A DNA stretch of 64,000 nucleotides from Tubiluchus corallicola (GCA_030141605.1 JAQGDQ010000992.1:8315-72314), one strand, 5' to 3'. Positions 12,976-25,600 are shown, counted from the stretch's first letter. Program-made: numbers and translations. The notes: generated by a model not told the origin, from the sequence alone.

Positions 12976-14038
12976 ATAAACAACAATAACCAGCAAGCAG
13001 CTATAGCCACTGTCATAAACAGACTTTTTTTATCATGAACAGCTATTATTTTCCTTCATGCATAAAATATAAACAATTTTAGGACATCTAGTTTTTGTTA
13101 CAATTACACATGTTTTTAAAGTTTACATCACTTAATTGTCTACTACTGTGAACAATAAAATAGTTCCAGGCAGAGTAAGAAGCCAGTTAGGGCAGATTCA
13201 GATTCAATTTGCCAGGTAATTTGTCACATCTAAAATAAAAGTTGAATTTTGTTGCACATGTATGATTCGTTAGTGTAGGGGAAACATCTCCCCTTACCAT
13301 TTAAGGAGTTTTGGTTCAAAACTGACTGAAGCAGAAGCCTTTTACTGCTTTTAATTCTTCTACTGCAGGAGATAAGTCGTTGGTTTGGCTACTGAAATGG
13401 ACATACATAAATTACAACCCTCTACCAACATAACAATTTGCAATTGAAAGCTGGCAATCTATAATATTGTTAATACACGAACTAAAAGAAACACAAGTCA
13501 CATAGCATGTTGTCTTGTTTTACTGTCATCTTAAATATTATAAAGAAAATATCATCTTAGCTGAGCATTTAAGTTACAAGTGCAATCCTGCCTTTCGAAC
13601 TGCTGACCCGAGACTTCATTGTCATTGTACTCATCGCTCTTTTTGTTTTTCTCATCGTCGTCGCTGTCGCCACCGTCACCGTCACCGCCTATGTAGTTGT
13701 CATTGCCGATGACGTTGATGTGCTGGTTGTTGTTGTCATCGTCGGTGTTGCTGTTGCTGCTGTTATAGTTGTTGTTTGTAATGTAAAATGGTTGTTCATG
13801 TTGCAAGCAAGCCAGATCTGTATCAAAACATAAAAGTTGATGAGACAACTACAGTGTTAAGCAGGTACGTAGTTTTAAGCTTTGCAGTATTCTAGAAATG
13901 ACAATGTTAATTAATGATGACAATGTATTGTAGTATTAAAATTACATGATACATGATATAAAACATGATAAATGATGATAAAAAATACGTTAACACGTTT
14001 GATGATGTGCAATCATGAAAAATGTTGTCAATACCACA

Positions 14039-14877
14039 TTAATGGTGGCAGTGGTAGTGGCAGTGATGACGATGATGATGATGATGACGATTACGACGAT
14101 GACGATGATAATAAAAAAGGTGATGACAATGATGATGATGTTGATGATTATGATGGTGGCAGTGGTGGTGGTGATACTCATGGTGGTGATGGTAATGGTG
14201 AGGATGATGATGGTGGTGGTAGTGGTGGTGGTGATGGTGATGATGGCGATGATGATGGTGGTAGTATTGGTACAATGATGGTGGTGGTAGTGGTGGTGGT
14301 GATGATGATGGTGGTAATGGTGATGATGATGATGATGGTGATGGTAGTGTTGGTGATTGTGATAATGAAGATGATGATTGTGACGGTGATGATGATGAAG
14401 ATGATGTGGAGGAGGAAGAGGAGGAGGAGGAATAGGTGAGGACGACGACAATGATGATGATGACGATGACTATGACGACGACGACGATGATAGGTATGTA
14501 TGTGATTCTAGTCATTGTTGTTATTTCTTGTTTGTTTGTCGTTGATATTGTTTTCGTTGCTGATGTTGGAATTGTTGTTGCTGTCATGGTCGTTGTCTTT
14601 GTCTTTGTCATGGTCGTTGTCATTGTTGTTGTTGTTGTCGTCGTCACCGTTATTGTTGGTGTTGTTATTTTTGTTGTTATTGTCGTTGTTGTTATTTTTA
14701 TTGTTGTTGATGTTGTTGTTGTTTTTGTTGTTGTTGTTGTTGTTGTTGTGTTTGTTGCTGTTGTTGTTGTTGTTGTTGTTGGTGTTGTTGTTGGTGTTGT
14801 TGTTGTTGTGGTTGTTGTTGTTGTTGGTGTTGTTGTTGTTGTTGTCGTTGTTGTTGTTGTCGTTGTTGTTGTAGTTG

Positions 14878-14909
<32 letters not shown>

Positions 14910-15930
14910 GGTGTTGTTGTTTTCGTCGTTGTCATCGTTGTCGTTGTTGTGCCACAGTCACAGCCATTACAATCAAAATCTTCAAGTTTAGCACAATAAA
15001 GTTTTTCAGGATATACGCAGTAGACTGGCAAGAGTATACATTATCAGTTTCAGCTAAAGCTTTACTTATGTACGTTTCTTGCACAAGTTAATTTTAAATG
15101 TGCTTAGCGATGCCACTTATAGCTTATAAAGGTTACCAGGTTCAGGAAAATACTGCTTTATACGATATTCTTTGGTGGGAGCCAAATTTTTCCATCTAAT
15201 TTTCATCCTGGTTGTGTCATGACAGCAGCTGCATGAAATTCTGGATGTTAAATTTGAAACACCGGCTTTTAATTTATAATATTCTTGGCAAAGTAATAAT
15301 TTTAATTCTGTTTTGTGTTAAATTATTTTTGGAAACTTACTTCCAATAAATATTGAGAGGTTTTTATGTAAAATTCCATTGTGAAGTTTAAGGGGCTTGA
15401 GTCCTTGAATCTTGTTATCAAGAAAGTACAACTGAAAAAAGTATGGATTTTCAGATAAATCAAACTCCATGGTTCCAGTCAGGTATTGATTTTTTTGGAA
15501 TAAAATGTATTTGACATTTGTACTTTTTAAGGCTTCTGGATGTATGTAGGAAAGCCTCGTTGATTCAATGCGCACCTCATTCAAACGACCATTTATAGAA
15601 TTTTGTTCTAAACGAGCTAAATTGCCATATTTTATGAGCAATGTGCTGTTTGGCGTATCCTTTCCTTGAAAAAAATTGTCAGGCAACTCATCTCCTTGGT
15701 AGCCCAATATTGAAACTTTGTATTTCCCATCATGTAGACTTCCCAAATTTTTATCTATGTTTGCAAGTCTAAGTTTTGTAGCTATTCGAGTGCAGTCTAC
15801 TAAGCAAAAATCTTTTATATCTTTCGAATCTCTCCAAAATGTGCAGCCCTGAACGTGTTTTTTCACAGTAATCATTTGATAGGGAAGCAGTTACAAGAGC
15901 CGAGAAATACGTGACAAACATCCACACCAT
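14039..15930 (-). pseudogene. Signal peptide-LRR-LRRCT-Thr mucin stalk-hydrophobic segment cell-surface protein; frameshifted gene or assembly indel
   Basis: ATG 15930 gives MVWMFVTYFSALVTASLSNDYCEK; removing one A from the A6 run (15858-15863) joins HVQGC...CLVDC and LRR-like repeats (ELPDNFF, LSYIHPEAL, FDLSEN, LYFLDNKI). Candidate exons 15240-15137 (ISCSCC) and 15024-14039 (VYCVYPEKL...CNGCDC, poly-Thr, IPIIVVVVIVIVIIIIVVVL). Confidence 0.6.
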
Positions 15931-18029
15931 CTTTCTGTTTCAGCAAATTTGCAAAACTTGTTTAAAATAATCTGTGACGTTTGTATACAATACGGAAAAG
16001 ATCAATATTTGCTTTCTTCCATGAACAATCAAAACTGTTTATATTAGCAGTACATATGGCACATTTTAAGGATATATAACTTTATAAATTTCAGCTCAAG
16101 TTCACCATATCTGTTCAAAATTTCATATGGATTCCATATCTAACCACGTTTGAATAATACATTCTATAATTATTGTTTATATTATGACGCATAATTAGAA
16201 AAGCGCTCAAGAACAACTCTGATATGTACAGTGGAATCTCCCTCTACAGACTTTGCATAACAATGTAGGTAAAATGACACAAGTAAAATGTAAAAGGTAA
16301 AATGTAAAAATGCCGTTTTTCCTGTGCCATTTTACCGTGCATCGACTATATCATCTTGTATGAGGCTATACTATCTGGTATATTACAAACTTTATAAAAG
16401 GGCAGATTATATACTTACGCTTAAATCATGTTTAGACGTATCATATATATTAAAGGTCGTACGACACTATATCTTTTACGTTATTTTCTTTTATTGCGTG
16501 GGCGGAATTACATTTTTCTTAACTTTTAAAACAGTTCTAATGCGCTGGAAGGAACAGCACATTCATGTGTAAGCTGTATGAAAAACAGGTGTGCCAAGTA
16601 CTACTGCTGCTAGACACTATGTAGGGTTAGATGCACCCTAATAAGGGTAATAATTAACATTTCTAGCTAAATTTCATGAAAACTATATTCTTTAGTCTAA
16701 GTTAGCAGTAAGAAATTTCTGCAACTCCAATTTCATGGAAACTCCCGATTCTAATGGTAACCCGCCGACCGTCACATTTTGAAATAGTTCTCCAGATTCT
16801 TACATGTTACTTTAACGAAAAAAAATGCGACCGTAGTTCTGATAAAATTTCCTTTACCTTTGTCAGTAATGGAATCGCCCATCTAGCCTGCTAGATATGG
16901 CGAAAAATAAAGTGTGGGCAGCTACACGTAGAATAATGGTGCACGACTGCACAAAACTACATGCACGTCAAGTAGCAGCCAAACTGTAAACAATAAAAAC
17001 ACTTTTTACTTAAAGATTTAAAGCTTTTTTCTCTGACACCTCATTTGCACATTCGAAAAAGCGCCACAAAGGTTTTCCCAAGTGTCTGAAAATGAAGCGC
17101 TCTTTTTCAACGTCGTCTGAAAGGCACTTCTTAGTTTTCTGTTTTTCTTTTTACTTTTGAAACTCACAAAGTGTCAGACAGTATACCCTGTCTGTACAAG
17201 CTCAAAAAATCCGTAAAGTCCAGGGAGCAAAATCTGCCTTTACTGCTTTTCTGTCTAAGTTCTTTTTTCGTCGATCATACCTAATAATTCACTGTTATTT
17301 TGACAATTTTATAGTAATATTAGTAATATAGTAATATTATATTGCATTATAGTAATATTGCAAATTTATTTGATGGAGAATTAATGTCAATTGGAAATTT
17401 TATTTACGACTGTATGCATAGATTTTTGAATTAAACTGTATAGCTTTGTTAGCGGACACATAACCGCATCACTGTGATCATCATATAGGTAAAATATTTG
17501 TTTATCACATGTGTACAAATGCTTAGTAAATAGTTTTTTTTCGCTTCATGGAGTTTACAACTAAATTTGTATATCTGTGTACATGCCTTGTGCAGCTATG
17601 TTGAGCCAAATTGTTAGCATGATCTGGAAATCATTACCCGAGCTTTGGCCGCTGATAAAACCATCGGGTATGCGTCAAGTTTGTATTTTTCGTGTTGGAA
17701 ATTTTATTTTCAGAAATAAAATATCTATCTATCTATCTATATCTACTATATAGTGTACAGTGTATCAATGTGTCTTAACTACAACCGTCATGTGAAGTAT
17801 GGTTAAAGCAAAGACATCTGCAGTATCAGTTCTGTAATATCAGTTGTTGTAATGTAATGTTTGAAAACGTAAAAACGATCAATCTTTGTGAGAGCATTGT
17901 CTGAACGGCACATCCGGCAAAGGATAACGTAGCAGTGAGACATTTATAAAGGAGAAATGATCAGAAAACAAAATTAACAGCAACAAGAAAGCAGCCCAAT
18001 GAGTAAAATAATTGGTTGCGTTGTTTGTG

Positions 18030-18345
18030 TATTTGTTGTTTTGCGTTGCTAGCTGAATATTAGTGTTTCTGGGCTGGCAAGATTATTAAGACTCAAGTTA
18101 AGAAACAACACGTTTATTAAACATTAGGCACAGTAAATATCATAACAGATAGTAATGCCAAACCCCCTCATCTGATCTGCTCTGCTCTGGTCTCTGATCT
18201 GATCTGACGCAAGGTGCGGGCATCACAAAGTTTTTACTAAACTACCATGCGCGGTAAACTTCTGCGCATCGACCGCCCACGCTAAGTTCGATTCCGAATC
18301 ACTTGATCACGTGATACCACACCTTAACTGCGCTTCATGCCAACA
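18030..18345 (-). mobile_element. Possible solo LTR related to 12649-12975
   Basis: Minus strand begins tgttggcatgaagcgcagttaaggtgtgg; minus-strand AATAAA near 18113; left boundary uncertain. Confidence 0.4.
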
Positions 18346-18929
18346 TTTCATCAGAATTATTGGTTAGCATAATTTAACACTTTTAACACAATTTAACAGC
18401 TCTTGTTTACTCAGAGCGAAATACCAGTGACGTCAAGCTGAAACTTTTATACGTTGTACTGCATTACTAATATTTTTCATCTGTAAAAAATAGTGCATCA
18501 AGTAAGTGTGGACAAAGCTATGATTTAGTGTGGACACTAAGATACTTCAGTTTCTCCACCACGGGGGTACCGCTTGACTTGCCCACACGTAAATACAGCG
18601 AGAGTCGCACATGCGCAGTGCCGTTGCTAACGGTACGTCACTTCCGCTTTCTCACCCGATTTTTCGTATGTCTGTGTGGCGTTTTTGCCCTCATTTCATT
18701 TTGATCTGCCACAAATATGGCCGGATTATAATCTTCTGGGTCTCTCTATATTGGAACTACCCTCTAATTCGCATGGACTCATTGTAATATGATTTACTGT
18801 ACTGAGAATACTGACTTAGTTTAAAATAAACTTATTGTATTTTTTAAATAAACTAGAACAAGTACTTTATATTATTGTAAGTAAAAACATTTTTTGAAAA
18901 AACACTATTTTAGTATTATTTGCAGACCA

Positions 18930-19446
18930 AAATTAGCACAGGAAAAAATGGCACAAGTAAAAATGGCACAGGTAAAAATAGCACAAGTAAAAATGGCACA
19001 GGATAAAATTGGAACAGCAAACAAATGGCACAAGTAAAAAGGGCACAGGTAAAAATGGCACAAGTAAAAATGGCACAGGTAAAAATGGCACAAGTAGAAA
19101 TGGCACAGAAAAAAATTGGAACAGCAAACAAATGGCACAAGTAAAAATGGCACAGGTAAAAATGGCACAAGTAAAAATGGCACAGGAAAGAATTGGAACA
19201 GCAAACAAATGGCACAAGTAAAAATGGCACAGGTAAAAATGGCACAAGTAAAAATGGCACAGGAAAAAATTGGAACAGCAAACAAATGGCACAAGTAAAA
19301 ACGGCACATGTAAAAATGGCACAAGTAAAAATGGCACAGGAAAGAATTGGAACAGCCAACAAATGACACAAGTAAAAATGGCACAGGTAAAAATGGCACA
19401 AGTAAAAATGGCAAAGGAAAAAATTGGAACAGCAAACAAATGGCAC
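18930..19446. repeat. 15-bp minisatellite (aaaaatggcacaagt/aggt) with ~72-bp higher-order unit
   Basis: The periodic interruption aattggaacagcaaac defines the higher-order unit; explains the Cys/Phe-rich ORFs. Confidence 0.95.
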
Positions 19447-19797
19447 GTTTAGTAATATATGTGCTTAGGGTTAGTGACCCTATAAGGTGACTTGGTGCGC
19501 ATATGTCTCTCAGTTTATTGCCACCCAAATTAATGGTGAAAAAGTCAGATAAACAGTATAACTATGTGGAACATTCGCGCATCATTGGTTATTAACACGT
19601 TTAATGAACTGTTTTGTGAATCTTTTGCTAGGCTATGTGCTGACGCAATCAGTCAGAATGGTCAAGCGACCGGCGATTGTTTAGGTCGCACGAGTCTGGA
19701 AAAGAGGGAGTAGGTTCGTTTTAAAACTTTGTCGCATTTTTTTCAGTTCTTTGGTGCCTAGAACAGTGTATCTTAATTGATTGCATTTTGTGCTTGA

Positions 19798-19904
19798 CAT
19801 GCGCTAAATACAAGTCCAACAGGGGGCAGTGTGTGTGCGCATGCGCTAAATACAAGTCCAACGGGGGCAGTGTGTGTGCGCATGCGCTAAATACAAGTCC
19901 AACA
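19798..19904. repeat. ~42-bp tandem repeat, 2.5 copies
   Basis: Unit catgcgctaaatacaagtccaacagggggcagtgtgtgtgcg. Confidence 0.9.
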
Positions 19905-19993
19905 GTCTTTTAGATGTTATTTATGATTTTTTATTGTCCAAAATGGGCAATCATCGTCTCGTCCCAAAATCACTATCACATCATGACATATTT

Positions 19994-20048
19994 GACTGAC
20001 TGACTGACTGACTGACTGACTGACTGACTGACCGACCGACCGACTGAC
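19994..20048. repeat. (TGAC/CGAC)n microsatellite
   Basis: Directly visible. Confidence 0.9.
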
Positions 20049-20985
20049 ATATAATGAGCGACTCGATTTCGTTTCATCTGAAGCAAATAAAAACATTTTC
20101 TGCTAATCCAATGTCAAAAGGATAATTAACTACTATAATGAAAATGTATAATAATATTATGAAATATGAAGAAATCAAACTTACATCTTTGCCGCATCTT
20201 ACTAACTTGCTAAAGAGAACTCGACTGACAAAATTTTGTGATAAAACGACACGACGTACTGAACAAGAATGGAATGGCGTCTTTCCTATCCTGTCTGTAA
20301 AATGAGGGTAATGGCCTATGAGACAGGGCATCGCTACAAGTGGTGCACGAACCCCAGGGAATTTTCACCGTATGATTAGCGATTTGACTTGAATAATCAA
20401 CGTAAAAAATGGACTAGAAAAGTAAGCAGAAACTATCGAGACTGATAGCCAATAGAACACGGTTTCTCAATGCAGCAAAACGGGCTAGCGAGTCAGCTTT
20501 AAAGTTACTATGCCTTTAATGTGAGCCACTGAACCAGCAGAGGTTTCACAATCATGTGAAAGCACTGGAAATTAGCATAGCTTTTATAAAAATTTTATCC
20601 AAAGCTTCGTTTCAGTACCTCATATATAGCTGGGCTAGCGTTCTAGCTCAGATTCTGCCTGTCTGTTATCACTTTTACTGTATAGCAATAGTATTTGAAA
20701 TGAAGCCATATTCTTCATCAATATGAAGTTGACCTTGAGCTTCTTCTTGTCGTGCATTGTGTTAAAATGGCAGTGTTGTTAGTATTCATAATGTTTTTCA
20801 GATTTTTGGTATGTGATATGTGTGTTTATCAGAGAACAACAACATAGTGGTTACTCTAATGAATGGGTAGTCGCGTATATAGGCTTTCACGTACTAAATG
20901 TTTGCACTGCTTATTGTGAGGTGGGCTGGAAAGACACAACCTATTGCAATCATTCATGTAAGGTTGAATTGCACATTCGTGCGAT

Positions 20986-21235
20986 TAAGAATAAGATAAG
21001 ATTAAGATTAACGTTAATGTTAACATTAAGGTGAAGGTTAAGGTTGAGGTTAAGGTTGAGGTTGAGGTTGAGGTTAAGAGGTGGAGGTGACGGTGACGGT
21101 GACGGTGAAGGTGAAGGTGGAGGCGAAGGTGAACGTGAAGGTGGAGGTGGAATTGAAGGTAAAGGAGAAGGCAATGGCGACGGCGACGGCGACGGCGACG
21201 GCGAGGACGACAGTGAAAGTAAAGGTGAAGGGTGA
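20986..21235. repeat. Degenerate hexamer tract (TTAAGG > TTGAGG > GACGGT > GACGGC)
   Basis: Directly visible. Confidence 0.85.
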
Positions 21236-21454
21236 GATTGTTTATTTATCTGCTTTAAGTTTTGCAGTACAAGAGAGACAATAATATTTTCGATAATTTA
21301 CAAACAAATAAGTGTTTTTTAGTAACCTACTTGGTGTTAAAAACGAAGGTCACGACTGTATGGAGTAAGGGTGGCGAAAGACCATGCGGCCCACTAAGTC
21401 AGCCACCCCTTCAACTAAGTCAGCCACCCCTATTTATAGATTTAATACCGTTTA

Positions 21455-22019
21455 GGCGTGGCCTTTTTTGCAAAATTTATACGCCTGAGATCTGAAGAAA
21501 GGGAACGGCCCGAGGGCGGTACTGGGTATGGATAGATAGCCCGTTTAGCGGTTTGTGTAGTAGGCATATTTAGAATTCGTGAGAGGGCCACGCCGTCCCG
21601 CAACGGGCATTTTCCCGGACCCAACTCGCGATTTTTTCGAAATTTTGACCAAACAGCCTGGGAAAAAATGTTCTAGCGGCACCTGGTGGGACTCTCGGAA
21701 GGAGATATATGGCTCTTTAGAAAGAGGAAGAACAGGGCTACACGATGATGTGGGCTATATTTTAGGACACGTCCACCAAAAGGAGTGCCGACGAGTTAAT
21801 TAGATGTTCTAATTTCGTCAATTTTCGCTTAGAAAACTGCTGACGCAAAGCCATTGTTGTGACGTCATCCATTATACTCTGTCTATAACCTTATAACTTT
21901 AATTCAGTAAAAGCTGCTCGCTTTGCGTTAGATAAACAAACGAGAACTATGAAGGATGTTCGCGCATTGTTGATTATAAGTGGATTTTTACGCAAAATTT
22001 TTTGCGGAGCCTTTGCTAG
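21455..22019 (+). mobile_element. Non-autonomous Helitron-like element, copy 2, with canonical 3' end
   Basis: Similar to 10195-10797; hairpin cgcaaaa..ttttgcg at 21991-22006, then ~10 nt, then CTAG|T at 22016-22020. Confidence 0.7.
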
Positions 22020-22081
22020 TCTACTAAGATTGGCAGCGGTGCCATTTTGTCACATGCGCAGCGCCGCTGCCAATCTGCAAT

Positions 22082-24310
22082 TAAGCCTAACTCTAGTTTC
22101 TTATCTCATGCTCTAATCCTCAACCTAACACACCCACCAACCCAACCAACAACACACCAACCAACAACAACACACCAACCAACAACAACACACTCTAATC
22201 CTCAACCTTAACTTAATTCTTATCTCATGCTCTAATCCCCAACCTTAACTCTAATTTCTTATTTCATGCTCTAATTCTCAACCTTAACTCTAATTTCTTA
22301 TCTCATGCTCTAATCCTCAACCTTAACTCTAATTTCTTATCTCATGCTCTAATCCTCAAGCCTAACTTTAATTTCTTATCCCATGCTCTAATCCTCAACC
22401 TTAATTCTAATTTCTTATCTCATGCTCTAATCCTCAAGCCTAACTTTAATTTCTTATCTCATGCTCTAATCCTCAACCTTAACTCTAATTTCTTATCTCA
22501 TGCTCTAATCCTCAAGCCTAACTTTATTTTCTTATCCCATGCTCTAATCCTCAACCTTAATTCTAATTTCTTATCTCATGCTCTAATCCTCAAGCCTAAC
22601 TTTAATTTCTTATCTCATGCTCTAATCCTCAATCTTAATTCTAATTTCTTATCTCATGCTCTAATCCTCAACCTTAACTCTAATCTCTTATCTCATGCTC
22701 TAATTCTCAACCTTAACTCTAATTTCTTATTTCATGCTCTAATTCTCAACCTTAACTCTAATTTCTTATTTCATGCTCTAATCCTCAACCTTAACTTTAA
22801 TTTCTTATCTCATGCTCTAATCCTCAACCTTAACTCTAATTTCTTATTTCATGCTCTAATTCTCAACCTTAACTCTAATTTCTTATCTCATGCTCTAATC
22901 CTCAAGCCTAACTTTAATTTCTTATCCCATGCTCTAATCCTCAACCTTAATTCTAATTTCTTATCTCATGCTCTAATCCTCAAGCCTAACTTTAATTTCT
23001 TATCTCATGCTCTAATCCTCAACCTTAACTCTAATTTCTTATCTCATGCTCTAATCCTCAAGCCTAACTTTAATTTCTTATCTCATGCTCTAATCCTCAA
23101 TCTTAATTCTAATTTCTTATCTCATGCTCTAATCCTCAACCTTAACTCTAATCTCTTATCTCATGCTCTAATCCTCAACCTTAACTCTAATTTCTTATTT
23201 CATGCTCTAATTCTCAACCTTAACTCTAATTTCTTATTTCATGCTCTAATCCTCAACCTTAACTTTAATTTCTTATCTCATGCTCTAATCCTCAACCTTA
23301 ACTCTAATTTCTTATTTCATGCTCTAATTCTCAACCTTAACTCTAATTTCTTATTTCATGCTCTAATTCTCAACCTTAACTCTAATTTCTTATCTCATGC
23401 TCTAATCCTCAAGCCTAACTTTAATTTCTTATCCCATGCTCTAATCCTCAACCTTAATTCTAATTTCTTATCTCATGCTCTAATCCTCAACCTTAACTCT
23501 AATTTCTTATCTCATGCTCTAATCCTCAACCTTAACTCTAATTTCTGATCTCATGCTCTAATCCTCAACCTTAATTCTAATTTCTGATCTCATGCTCTAA
23601 TCCTCAACCTTAATTCTAATTTCTTATCTCATGCTCTAATCCTCAACCCAACACACCAACCAACTCTAATCCTCAACCTTAATTCTAATTTCTTATCTCA
23701 TGCTCTAATCCTCAACTAACTTAATTTCTATTCATGCTCTAATCCTCAACTTAATTCTAATTTCTTATCTCATGCTCTAATCCTCAACCTTAACTCTAAT
23801 TTCTTATCTCATGCTCTAATCCTCAACCTTAATTCTAATTTCTTATCTCATGCTCTAATCCTCAACCTTAACTCTAATTTCTTATCTCATGCTCTAATCC
23901 TCAACCTTAACTATAATTTCTTATCTCATGCTCTAATCCTCAACCTTAATTCTAATTTCTTATCTCATGCTCTAATCCTCAACCTTAACTCTAATTTCTT
24001 ATCTCATGCTCTAATCCTCAACCTTAACTCTAATTTCTTATCTCATGCTCTAATCCTCAACCTTAATTCTAATTTCTCATCTCATGCTCTAATCCTCAAC
24101 CTTAATTCTAATTTCTTATCTCATGCTCTAATCCTCAAGCCTAACTTTAATTTCTTATCTCATGCTCTAATCCTCAACCTTAACTCTAATCTCTTATCTC
24201 ATGCTCTAATCCTCAACCTTAACTCTAATTTCTCATCTCATGCTCTAATCCTCAACCTTAATTCTAATTTCTTATCTCATGCTCTAATCCTCAACCTTAA
24301 CTCTCATTTC
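22082..24310. repeat. 39-bp satellite, about 55 copies
   Basis: Unit ctctaatttcttatctcatgctctaatcctcaaccttaa. Confidence 0.97.
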
Positions 24311-24703
24311 TTGCAACTGATGGCGCAGCAATGCAGTTGCGCGAAGTTCGCGTGGTTCAAATGAAGTTTCCGTAGCTACGGTAACCGTTACTGATTAAAA
24401 CGCGCACTACGGGTAACGGAGAAGCATGCATAACACACCTGTAATATACGAATAGGTGGCTCGATCTTTGTCCGCAGTGAAGTGTTAAGTGGTGAACAGT
24501 AGCGCGGGGTGCTTTAGCGCAGGTGAAAGTACAGGTGAACTGGAGGTTTGATATCGCAAGACAATTTTCTCATTCTAATCCGGAAACAGTGTAATTACTA
24601 TTGCAAGTAGAGTAAATGAACTGAAAAAAGTGTTCCGTTTTTGACACAATGAATAACTTGCATAACAGCATGGTGAACACAATAAAGTGATCATATCTTC
24701 ACT

Positions 24704-25600
24704 ATGGTGTCTAGAATATTTCGTAGAAATCGTAGTTTAGATCTCTCTGCGCAGCTGAATCAGGAATTTTACTCTGCCAGATGGCTGGGTAAGGTGGACA
24801 CTTACATCAAAAATGACACTTCTCTGGCTGTACAGAAGATCTGGGATGGTACCCCCGACTTGAAATATCTCAAGAAGGTTGAGCTGATCCTGGATGACCA
24901 AGGATTGTGGGTGCGCGAGAAAGGTAAGATAAACTCGGATTTGGAACAATTTCACTCCATACGAATGATCAGCTTTTGCCGAGCGGAAATCAAAATAGTA
25001 CCGAACATTTTCTCTTGGGTCGTCCGCAATGAGGAACAGCAGAAATTCGAGTGCCACGCGGTTTATTTCAGCGACCTGAAGATAGAGAACGCCATGATGC
25101 TAACCACCTCTTTGCAGAAAAAATTCCAGGCTCTTTATACGGACGAGAAGACGGAACACAGTCGACGCAAGTCAACGGCAGCATGGACACACAGACAATC
25201 TCGGATTGGTGACAATTTTGAGATGCTGAGCAAACCGGACAGGGAGCGTTTGAGAAGTGCTCCATGTGCGTATTACAGACGAATTGGATCAACAAGTAGT
25301 GGAGCCGGTACTCCAGTTTACAGGAGAAGCGTATCCCATAACTCTACAGGAAACAGGAAGTTTAGACCCAAGGATCCACCGTCTGAGACATCATCCATCT
25401 CTGACGTGGACAGCGTCCTTCACAACGGCAGTATGAACTCTCTTCAGTCCAGTCCAAGCCCTGACGAGCTGATCGAAAACTTCCAGAAGCTAGACGCCCT
25501 GGTGGAAGAAGCACAAGATGTGAATGCAGATGCAGGTGATGACGTATTCATTGAAGCCAAACAGAAGCGCAATGGATACACTAATGGAATCCATCATTAG
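24704..25600 (+). CDS. Intronless PTB/PID-domain adaptor, FAM43-like (298 aa)
   Basis: Long, non-repetitive ORF; ARWLGKV, SLAVQKIW, VELILDDQGLWV, ISFC, PNIFSWVVRN and FECHAV follow the Shc/Dab-type PTB pattern, and LAVxKIW recalls FAM43; Ser-rich tail. Confidence 0.88.
   Translation: MVSRIFRRNRSLDLSAQLNQEFYSARWLGKVDTYIKNDTSLAVQKIWDGTPDLKYLKKVELILDDQGLWVREKGKINSDLEQFHSIRMISFCRAEIKIVPNIFSWVVRNEEQQKFECHAVYFSDLKIENAMMLTTSLQKKFQALYTDEKTEHSRRKSTAAWTHRQSRIGDNFEMLSKPDRERLRSAPCAYYRRIGSTSSGAGTPVYRRSVSHNSTGNRKFRPKDPPSETSSISDVDSVLHNGSMNSLQSSPSPDELIENFQKLDALVEEAQDVNADAGDDVFIEAKQKRNGYTNGIHH

Noticed and set aside
14436-14999. Plus-strand poly-Val and poly-Leu ORFs resembling membrane proteins
   Set aside because: Antisense shadows of the (ACA)n poly-Thr tract.
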